63,086 nt of DNA. Source: Candidatus Hydrogenedens sp. (GTDB taxonomy: Bacteria > Hydrogenedentota > Hydrogenedentia > Hydrogenedentales > Hydrogenedentaceae). The DNA lies in assembly GCA_049968235.1 (NCBI GenBank), contig JBMFRC010000016.1:1-63086 (forward strand), read 5' to 3'. The position numbers and the translations under genes were made by a program. This document shows, piece by piece, positions 38,616 through 49,817 of this stretch; positions within the stretch are counted from its first letter, which is position 1, and each line of letters starts with the position of its first letter. The notes beneath the pieces are model-generated. The model was not told the DNA's origin and made no database searches. It saw only the letters and a program-made list of their open reading frames with translations.

Positions 38616-39665
38616 ATGAATAAACAAAAATATTCGGAAATACAATCAAAAGATTATCCTTACAAAAATAAGGGTATTCATGTTCTTGTAAACATAGGCT
38701 TATTTCTTGCAAGTCTTCTTCTTTGTTTTACTATTGCAGAAATATTTTTTGCCTATTGGGAAATGAAACTTCTCAAATCTATGGGGGTGTTTATACCCGT
38801 TGACCCGCGTTACGATGGTTCTGCATGGGAAGTAGACCCCATGCAGGCAAACCGTTTTACATGGCAATCGGATGGAAACAGTATTGTTCACATTCGCTCT
38901 AAAAATAAAAAACTTATGTATGAACTGCGACCCAATTCGGTAATTTCCGGAATGATAAAAATTAATTCGGATGGTTTTCGTGACCGTGAATTTTCTCGCG
39001 AGAAGCCACATCATGTGTTTCGAATCGCAGTAGTTGGAGATTCTGTTACTTTTGGCTGGAGACAAAGATTGGAAGATACCTATCCCAAAAAATTAGAACA
39101 ACTCCTTCAAGCAAATAACAAAACAAACACACAAATTGAAGTGCTAAATTTTGGAATAGGTGGTTATAATGCAGAGCAGGAGGTTGAACTTATAAAAACA
39201 AAGGTGCTTAATTATAATCCTGACCTTATACTTATCGGTTTTTGTCCGAACGATGGGCAAATCGGTTTCGATGGTGGGCTCTGGTGGCATTTTTTTCGCG
39301 GACCTTCCCGAACAATTTCTTTTCTCAAACTCCTGTATTTATACAATAAGTATAAGCATGATGACCTTGCATTGTTAAAAAATCCTTATTCGGAATTGGC
39401 AGAACTATCAAGGCAGAAAAATATTCCTGTTTGTGTATGCATTTTCCCGATGTTGCAGGGAGATAAACTCTGGTGTCCACCCCGTTTTATTCCTTTATTA
39501 GATGAATTAAAAATTCCTTATATTAATCTTATTCCGGAATTTGAAAAGAAAAATGTACCGGAACTTTTATTAGACGTAGTGCATTTTACGGTAGCAGGGC
39601 ATTATTTTGTTGCAGAACAGATATACCATTATCTTACGGAAAACAAAATAATCTCCTTACAATGA
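38616..39665 (+). CDS. SGNH/GDSL hydrolase family protein with an N-terminal transmembrane anchor
   Basis: N-terminal transmembrane helix. Block I RIAVVGDSVTFGW and block III LILIGFCPND. Confidence 0.6.
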   Translation: MNKQKYSEIQSKDYPYKNKGIHVLVNIGLFLASLLLCFTIAEIFFAYWEMKLLKSMGVFIPVDPRYDGSAWEVDPMQANRFTWQSDGNSIVHIRSKNKKLMYELRPNSVISGMIKINSDGFRDREFSREKPHHVFRIAVVGDSVTFGWRQRLEDTYPKKLEQLLQANNKTNTQIEVLNFGIGGYNAEQEVELIKTKVLNYNPDLILIGFCPNDGQIGFDGGLWWHFFRGPSRTISFLKLLYLYNKYKHDDLALLKNPYSELAELSRQKNIPVCVCIFPMLQGDKLWCPPRFIPLLDELKIPYINLIPEFEKKNVPELLLDVVHFTVAGHYFVAEQIYHYLTENKIISLQ

Positions 39666-39744
39666 GAAATGTAACAAGTCCGGCAAATCAGACGAGGCTG
39701 GCGAGTCTAACAGGTCTGATAAGTCCGACAGGTCCAACTCCGGT

Positions 39745-41214
39745 TTACGCATTTCCCTTAACTTTATGGATAATACTTGTCGTTGATTGTCCTTCTACAC
39801 CGGGAATAAGTGCAATTCGACCACCATAACTCTCTACAAATCGCCGCTCAGGCTGAACCAATGTATCTATCGTATAATCCCCTCCTTTAGCGTATACATC
39901 TGGTTTTAACTGTTTAATTATTGGGAGAGGAGATTTCTCATCAAATAGAACAATGTAATCCACGCACTCAAGAGCGGACAACACCAATGCACGATTGTGT
40001 TCATTAATGACCGGTCTACCCTCTCCTTTTATTTGACGCACTGAGCGGTCACTGTTCAAACCTACAATCAATACATCTCCTTCATTCTTTGCTCGCATGA
40101 GATAGGTAATGTGACCCACATGCAGGATATCAAAACAGCCATTTGTCCATACAATCTTCTTGTTTTGTTCTTTCAATTGCTGAACAATCTTTTTTAATTG
40201 CGGCAATGTCTTCAATTTGAAAGGACCACCAGCACTTAAAAGAGCCTGCTCGACCTCTTCTCGGGAAACAGTAACTACTCCATGCTGGGCTACCGCTACA
40301 CCCGCAGATGTGTTTCCCAATACTGCACATTCATAAAGATTTGCTCCTGCAACTAAGGCTAAAGCAACTGTTGCGGTTACTGTATCGCCGGCTCCTGTTA
40401 CATCAATAACCTGAACGGGAGCAATTGGAACATCTTCAATTTTGCCGTTTTCATAAAAAATAGTTATGCCATCGGGTCCACGCGTTATCATTGCATTTTT
40501 TGCCGATTTAAGTAAAAATTTTCCCGCTTTTTTCAGTGTTTCATAATCTACAACATGGATGCCTGTGGCAATACCTGCTTCTTTATCGTTCGGAAGTATT
40601 ACATCAAAACCCTTAAAAATATTAGCCCGTGCACGGGAATCCGCAACGGTAATTAAATTATACTTTTTGGCACATTCTGTTAAGGCGGACAATACCTCAG
40701 GCGTTATAACAGAGGATACCTGGTCTCCCACCATAATTACATCCACCTTTTTGGCTACTTTATATATATTTTTGATGATTTGTTCTTCTACTTTACCCGA
40801 AATAGGTTTAGGACGTGGGGTATCTGTGCGGAGAACCTCTTGTGTGGGAATATTATGTCCACCTGCCCGAAGTTTCCCATATGTGTTTGTAGGTCGTGTC
40901 GGGTCAACCACAAGATAATCAATGTTTACATTTCGTTTCTGAAATTCATTCCTTAAAATTTCTGCATTTGAGTCCGCACCCACGACGCCCAACATATAGA
41001 CCATAGCACCAAGGGCAGAAGCATTGCAGGCAGCATTTCCTGCGGCTCCAGGATTATATCGGCGTTCTAATACCTCCAATACAGGAATCGGGGCTTCCAG
41101 ACTTACTTCTGTAACCTTGCCATAAACATTCTCATCTAAGTAAATATCTCCAATAGCAAGAACTCGCACTTTATCAAATTTTGATAATAGAGAAAAAAGC
41201 CGTTTTGTATCCAT
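39745..41214 (-). CDS. hldE: Bifunctional D-beta-D-heptose 7-phosphate kinase / D-beta-D-heptose 1-phosphate adenylyltransferase
   Basis: N-terminal PfkB/ribokinase-like domain (VLAIGDIYLDENVYGKVTEVSLEAPIPVLEV). C-terminal cytidylyltransferase-like domain (IVWTNGCFDILHVGHITYL...VGLNSD...RPVINEHNRALVLSALECVDYIVLF...KGGDY) matches RfaE domain II. Confidence 0.9.
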   Translation of the reverse strand: MDTKRLFSLLSKFDKVRVLAIGDIYLDENVYGKVTEVSLEAPIPVLEVLERRYNPGAAGNAACNASALGAMVYMLGVVGADSNAEILRNEFQKRNVNIDYLVVDPTRPTNTYGKLRAGGHNIPTQEVLRTDTPRPKPISGKVEEQIIKNIYKVAKKVDVIMVGDQVSSVITPEVLSALTECAKKYNLITVADSRARANIFKGFDVILPNDKEAGIATGIHVVDYETLKKAGKFLLKSAKNAMITRGPDGITIFYENGKIEDVPIAPVQVIDVTGAGDTVTATVALALVAGANLYECAVLGNTSAGVAVAQHGVVTVSREEVEQALLSAGGPFKLKTLPQLKKIVQQLKEQNKKIVWTNGCFDILHVGHITYLMRAKNEGDVLIVGLNSDRSVRQIKGEGRPVINEHNRALVLSALECVDYIVLFDEKSPLPIIKQLKPDVYAKGGDYTIDTLVQPERRFVESYGGRIALIPGVEGQSTTSIIHKVKGNA

Positions 41215-41368
41215 ATTTTAACCCTTATCCCAGTTTGTTAGTTTAAAAACTTAATCAATTGTATTTCAAAACGAATAAATACTTCAATATTTTATCAAAA
41301 TACAGGGTTGGAAATACGACTATAGTTTTAATGTTAAAAGGTTAACCGATTTTGTCAGTAAAGATGAG

Positions 41369-41397
41369 TTGCAAAACGATTATATATATGGTATTAT
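41369..41397 (+). promoter_or_regulatory. Candidate sigma-70 promoter of groEL
   Basis: TTGCAA at 41369-74, a 17-nt spacer, then TATTAT at 41392-97. The CIRCE element follows immediately. Confidence 0.55.
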
Positions 41398-41398
41398 A

Positions 41399-41425
41399 TT
41401 AGCACTCACCATAAGTGAGTGCTAA
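41399..41425 (+). promoter_or_regulatory. CIRCE element (HrcA operator)
   Basis: TTAGCACTC-ACCATAAGT-GAGTGCTAA is an exact match to the consensus TTAGCACTC-N9-GAGTGCTAA. It lies about 75 nt upstream of the groEL ATG. Confidence 0.9.
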
Positions 41426-41475
41426 CAGAAATCAAAACTATAAAATATTACTTTCCTTGAATGAACTTGTTTTAA

Positions 41476-43116
<1,641 letters not shown>

Positions 43117-43142
43117 TCAAAATAACTGATATATAGAGATTT

Positions 43143-43178
43143 AGGAGGGAAGTTCAAACTTCCCTCCTTTTTCTTTTA
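43143..43178 (+). terminator. Rho-independent terminator after groEL
   Basis: Stem AGGAGGGAAGTT / AACTTCCCTCCT followed by TTTTTCTTTT. Confidence 0.75.
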
Positions 43179-43323
43179 CTCATAAACAAGACAATTTACA
43201 TGATGGTATTTTTTCCTATCTATTTTATTCTGTTGTCATTATAAGTATGAAATTCATTTTAATTACCCTTTATTGCTACAATATAGAGTGTTAAAAAGAA
43301 GTAATCGATAAGAAAATGAAAGT

Positions 43324-45501
43324 ATGAAATCACCTCGTAAACCTAATAAAAAAGATTTTTTATTTGATTTGTTTGGATTTCCTATACTGCCGATACAGGG
43401 TGCTTTGCGTGTAAAGAAAAAGGATGGTCATATTGAGCCTTTTAGTATTCAGAAATTAGCAGAATCTATTAGAAAGGCTCTTCAATCGGCGGAGGTAGAC
43501 GAAAATGGATTGGATTACAGTTTTGCCACTGCTGTAAAAACCTATCTACGCGAGTGTCATGGGCTTGAGGCTATTATATCTAGCCAGGAAATTAATGCTA
43601 TAACCATTCAGGTGCTTCAAGAAATGGGACAGACCCGAACAGTTCGCCATTATAAAGAATTCTCCCGTCAAAAGCACCTTCAGCAACATCTTATTGCAAA
43701 TACTAAAATCCCTTCAACTCAGCCCCGAAAAAAAACGGAAGTACCCTCTAATGGATATATCTATCTCTTCCAAAAAGACAGCGACATGATTACAGAGAAG
43801 ATACACTATTTATTGGAACCGTTGCAGATAAAAAAGGATATTCAAGAAAATATTATTAAACAGGTGTTGGAGATACTTAATGGGATTCAATGTCAGCATC
43901 CTTCATTGGGTTTTCTTAGTGAATTATGTTCAATGTTATTAAAGAAAGAAAAAATTTTAATTCCTCATAAACATTCTTTACTCAATCTTCATACAAACGA
44001 CTGTATCGAAATCATTAAAAGTATCAACACAGGTAAAATAACGCCACTTAATACAGATATTTTTTTAGGGAAAAAAGTAAAAGAGCAGGTATCTCGTTCG
44101 TTAATATTCTCTTCGGATGTTATTGATGCCCACGATAAGGGGTATATTTACATACATATATTGGACCAACCCGATAAATTAGGGTCTCTTTATCAATCTG
44201 CACTTTTTTTGTGGTTATGTGGTAAGAACAAGACTTCTACCATCCATACTCCTCATGATTTCTGGGATTTGCTTAAGAACACGTACTCTCAATGGAAGGA
44301 TTTTTTCATAAATCCGGTAACCTTCTGGGGAGTTAATTGGGCTATTGCACCATTATTAAAAGGGCTGGAGGGAAATGATTACAAAAATTGGCTATTTCGA
44401 TGGTTAGAAGAGTGTGAAAGAATTAGCGAAGAAAATCCGGGGATACAGGTGGTTCTTGATTGGGCAGTACCCGAGAAATGGGCAACTGCTTATGCATTCG
44501 GTAATTGCGGAAAAAATTTAGGAACAGCCTATTCTGCTTATCAACAAACAGCACAAGAGATGATGACGGATATTTTGGCATGTATTTGCAATAGAGAAAA
44601 GAATTTATCCTCAGCCCATCCATTTATATGGCGGTTTAATCTACCCTTACAAATTGCTCCATCCCATGCTTTTCTACCTTTGCTTGTTTCCTGTGTGGAA
44701 GATAAGGAAATCCCCGTAACAGTGGGATTTATCCCCCTTGATTCTTCTGTCGATATATCTCCTCAAATTAGTCTGGGAGGAATTACCATTAATCTTGTTC
44801 GCCTTGCCTATAAAAATCCAACAGAAACGGGTTTTTATTCTGCAGTTTTTCAAACGATCTTGTTAGTAATCCGCGTTTATGAGGAGATACTGAATTTTTT
44901 ATCAGGATATTACGGAGATACAAAGGGAGGTATCTGGAAATATTTGTTAGAGCAAATCTATAAAACCCCCGGTGAAGTTCCTTCATTCACCACTTTTCCT
45001 TTCAATTTATTTCTTAGTGGAACGAGAGAGGCTTTACATATACTAAACGCTAATAAAGAAGTGAATAATAACGAAATGTGGACAAGAGCAGAAAATCTAC
45101 TGAAAAAAATCAGGAGTATGGTTTCAAGTTGTATTAAAGATAAGAATCTCAAAATACAGTTATGTTTAGAAACAAATACAGATATTTTAAGGAAGTTGGC
45201 TCAAAAAGATATGGATGACCTCTATGACTTATTTGTTCAATTAAAGCGAGAAGAACCTTTTCAATTTATTCCTCAGTATGCGGATGAAATAGCACCGCTT
45301 TTGTTTTATCATCCGGATGAACTTATCCCTCAATTTAAAATGCTATTTAACATAGCACAGTTGCTGGATATTCCTGTTAGAACTCATTTTGCTCCTCAAC
45401 GTGTTTGGGATAGTTTGCTTCTGGGAGAAGTAATACATCTATTTGCTCAGACAAATGAAAAGAATGCCCCCGTTTTATTAAGATTTATTCCCTCTGAGTA
45501 A
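43324..45501 (+). CDS. ATP-cone domain protein with a ~630-aa uncharacterised C-terminal region
   Basis: Residues ~28-110, LRVKKKDGHIEPFSIQKLAESIRKAL..., are a clear match to the ATP-cone consensus (V.KRDG..EPFd..KI...i..A). I do not recognise a glycyl-radical RVCGY motif, a C-terminal Zn ribbon or an NxCxE thiyl loop. Confidence 0.6.
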   Translation: MKSPRKPNKKDFLFDLFGFPILPIQGALRVKKKDGHIEPFSIQKLAESIRKALQSAEVDENGLDYSFATAVKTYLRECHGLEAIISSQEINAITIQVLQEMGQTRTVRHYKEFSRQKHLQQHLIANTKIPSTQPRKKTEVPSNGYIYLFQKDSDMITEKIHYLLEPLQIKKDIQENIIKQVLEILNGIQCQHPSLGFLSELCSMLLKKEKILIPHKHSLLNLHTNDCIEIIKSINTGKITPLNTDIFLGKKVKEQVSRSLIFSSDVIDAHDKGYIYIHILDQPDKLGSLYQSALFLWLCGKNKTSTIHTPHDFWDLLKNTYSQWKDFFINPVTFWGVNWAIAPLLKGLEGNDYKNWLFRWLEECERISEENPGIQVVLDWAVPEKWATAYAFGNCGKNLGTAYSAYQQTAQEMMTDILACICNREKNLSSAHPFIWRFNLPLQIAPSHAFLPLLVSCVEDKEIPVTVGFIPLDSSVDISPQISLGGITINLVRLAYKNPTETGFYSAVFQTILLVIRVYEEILNFLSGYYGDTKGGIWKYLLEQIYKTPGEVPSFTTFPFNLFLSGTREALHILNANKEVNNNEMWTRAENLLKKIRSMVSSCIKDKNLKIQLCLETNTDILRKLAQKDMDDLYDLFVQLKREEPFQFIPQYADEIAPLLFYHPDELIPQFKMLFNIAQLLDIPVRTHFAPQRVWDSLLLGEVIHLFAQTNEKNAPVLLRFIPSE

Positions 45502-45559
45502 AAGCGGATTATACTACAGACCCGATTTTTGAATTTGTCTAATGTCTCGGATAAATTGT

Positions 45560-47107
45560 TTATTCCCACTCAATTGTTGCAGGGGGTTTTGATGTTATAT
45601 CCGTTAACACACGATTAATTCCTGAAACTTCATTACAAATACGGCTGGCAGTTCTTTGAAGAATATCCGGAGAGAATCGGAACCAATCCGCAGTCATAGC
45701 GTCTTCAGATGTAACAGCACGAAGAACACATACCTCCTTATAAGTTCTTTCATCACCTTGAACTCCTACACTTTTGACAGGGAGCAAACAAACAAAAGCC
45801 TGCCAGATTTGATTATACAAACCGGCTTTTCGAATTTCATCAATGAATATAGTATCCGCTTCTCGTAAGGTATCCAATCGTTCCGCAGTTACTTCGCCAA
45901 TGCATCGAACTGCAAGACCGGGCCCCGGAAAGGGATGCCGATGTATAATTTCATCCGGTATTCCTAACTGTTTGCCAACATCTCGGACCTCATCTTTGAA
46001 CAATTCACGAAGCGGTTCTATCAATTGTAAATTCATCTTCTCGGGAAGTCCGCCAACATTGTGGTGACTTTTAATAGTCGAAGAAGGACCCCCTGTTGCA
46101 GATATAGATTCAATAACATCAGGATATAATGTTCCCTGAGCAAGGAAAGATAGGTCTCCTAATTTTTTGGCTTCCTCTTCAAATATTTCTATAAATAGTG
46201 TGCCGATAATTTTCCGTTTTTGTTCCGGGTCTGTTATCCCTTTCAGAGCCGATAGGAACCGTTCTTGCGCCTTAACACAATGCAGGTTTATATGAAAGTT
46301 ATCGCGAAATACCTTTTCCACCATCTCAGGCTCACCTTTTCGCAATAGTCCGTTATCTACAAATACACAGTGCAGATTATCTCCGATAGCACGGTGCAAC
46401 AGTACTGCGGTAACACTGGAATCAACGCCACCACTAAGGGCACATAAAACTTTCTTCCCATTGATTTTTTCCTGTAATTCTTGAATGGTTTGCGTTATAA
46501 AATTGCCCATAGTCCATGTAGAGTCTGTCCCGCAAATAGCATGGACAAAGTTGGATATAATTTTTTGTCCTTCCGGTGTATGCACTACTTCCGGATGAAA
46601 CTGCACTCCATAAAGTTTCCGTTCCGGATTACCAATTACTGCAAAGGGACAATTCTCCGTTGCCCCCATTGGTATAAAACCGGGGGGAATTGCAGTTACC
46701 TGGTCGCCGTGGCTCATCCAGACAGGTGTTTCCTTATGGACACCTTTTAGCAACTCCGAATTCCCTTTATGCTTTAAATATGCAATTCCGTATTCTTTCT
46801 GATGTGCAGGTTCTACCTTACCACCAAACAATTGAGCGAATATTTGAACGCCATAGCAAATACCCAATATCGGAACTTGTAAATCAAAAATTTCCAGTTT
46901 GGGCAGAGGAGCATTGGGTTGATGGACGCTGGCAGGTCCACCACTCAGCACAATGCCTGCTAAATTTGGAATGTTAATCTTTTCAAGAGATACATTATAA
47001 GGAAGAATAATACTGTAAACGCCTGCCTCTCGGATGCGTCGTGCTATGAGTTTGCTATATTGAGCACCAAAATCAAGAACAATAATTACAGGTCCTTTGT
47101 ATTCCAT
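45560..47107 (-). CDS. guaA: GMP synthase (glutamine-hydrolysing)
   Basis: Class I GATase domain (VIIVLDFGAQYSKLIARRIRE...GICYG). ATP-pyrophosphatase P-loop SGGVDSSV. C-terminal dimerisation domain ending IEWE. Confidence 0.95.
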   Translation of the reverse strand: MEYKGPVIIVLDFGAQYSKLIARRIREAGVYSIILPYNVSLEKINIPNLAGIVLSGGPASVHQPNAPLPKLEIFDLQVPILGICYGVQIFAQLFGGKVEPAHQKEYGIAYLKHKGNSELLKGVHKETPVWMSHGDQVTAIPPGFIPMGATENCPFAVIGNPERKLYGVQFHPEVVHTPEGQKIISNFVHAICGTDSTWTMGNFITQTIQELQEKINGKKVLCALSGGVDSSVTAVLLHRAIGDNLHCVFVDNGLLRKGEPEMVEKVFRDNFHINLHCVKAQERFLSALKGITDPEQKRKIIGTLFIEIFEEEAKKLGDLSFLAQGTLYPDVIESISATGGPSSTIKSHHNVGGLPEKMNLQLIEPLRELFKDEVRDVGKQLGIPDEIIHRHPFPGPGLAVRCIGEVTAERLDTLREADTIFIDEIRKAGLYNQIWQAFVCLLPVKSVGVQGDERTYKEVCVLRAVTSEDAMTADWFRFSPDILQRTASRICNEVSGINRVLTDITSKPPATIEWE

Positions 47108-47113
47108 AATTGA

Positions 47114-48718
<1,605 letters not shown>

Positions 48719-48739
48719 TTATCTTTTGGCATGCACAAT

Positions 48740-49678
48740 TTATGGAAGGCGTATAGGAATATTTATGGGTTTTCCTCCGCGTATAACTTGAACATTCAGT
48801 TCTTTTACCCCTTTAAGTTTTTCATACAACGGCATTGCTTGTGAAAAATCTGTGATAGGATAACCATTTACAGAGGAGATTATATCCCCATCCTTAAAAC
48901 CGAGAGCGTTTGCATAAGGTATTTGATTAATGTTAGGAACAGCAAGGCCAATAGGTTTCCCCGATTCATCACGAGCCACTGTCGGTGTGTGTTGCATTAA
49001 TAGTTGACTCGGGTCTATCTTTGTTTCATTAAAATTAATTTTTGATGCATCAATATAAGGCATATTAGAAGCAGAAAAAGTTCCCGTATAAACTTCATTC
49101 CCTTTCGCTTTTAGAACTGTTTTTTCTTTCTCTTCCTCTTTTTTCTCATCAACCTTCTTTTCTGTTTTATAAGATATTTGAGTTAAACTTTTGCTCTTAC
49201 GATAATCACGTGGTGCCAGCGGTGAAGTGTCCGCCCACAACCCTTTTTTTTCACGAATAGCCTCTGCACAAAGCTTTTTAAGTGTCAGTGCATCTTTAGC
49301 ATTTTCATCATCCCACCATGCGTAACCCTCTTTTATTAAAATCTCACTCAAGTTATCTCCCTCTTCTGTGAAAACATTGCAGACGCGATAATCTAAATTA
49401 TCTGTTGTCAGGATTTCTACATCTACTTCCTTATCCCCGATTTTTTCTTTAAGAAACTGTTTCGCTTCCGCATAAAATTTCTGTCCCTCCTCAGGGCTAT
49501 CCACACCATATATCCGTATCTTTATTGCCTGAGAGTTATCTCCACTTGTTTGTGCAACAAAAGAATCCCCTTCCAATATATCCATGACCTTGCACTTTGC
49601 ACTCTCTTCCGATTGTATGGTTTTTGCTATTAAGGACACAAACAAAACAACAAGAACAAATATAAGAGACTTTTTCAT
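48740..49678 (-). CDS. Secreted thermonuclease (SNase-like) fused to a C-terminal PDZ domain
   Basis: Signal peptide MKKSLIFVLVVLFVSLIA. SNase core (VMDILEGDSFVAQ...IKIRIYGVDSPE...KEVDVEIL). C-terminal PDZ-like domain (GFKDGDIISSVNGYPITDFSQAM...VQVIRGGKPINI). Confidence 0.7.
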   Translation of the reverse strand: MKKSLIFVLVVLFVSLIAKTIQSEESAKCKVMDILEGDSFVAQTSGDNSQAIKIRIYGVDSPEEGQKFYAEAKQFLKEKIGDKEVDVEILTTDNLDYRVCNVFTEEGDNLSEILIKEGYAWWDDENAKDALTLKKLCAEAIREKKGLWADTSPLAPRDYRKSKSLTQISYKTEKKVDEKKEEEKEKTVLKAKGNEVYTGTFSASNMPYIDASKINFNETKIDPSQLLMQHTPTVARDESGKPIGLAVPNINQIPYANALGFKDGDIISSVNGYPITDFSQAMPLYEKLKGVKELNVQVIRGGKPINIPIRLP

Positions 49679-49817
49679 AACCTCAAATCCTATTTTTTTT
49701 ATCTTATATATATTCTACAACAAATCATTTTTAAAATAAATAGACTATAATTTTGAACCTATAGGACTGTGATGAATTAGTGTTAACAATATTCGTTTAT
49801 ATATAAACATAAATATT

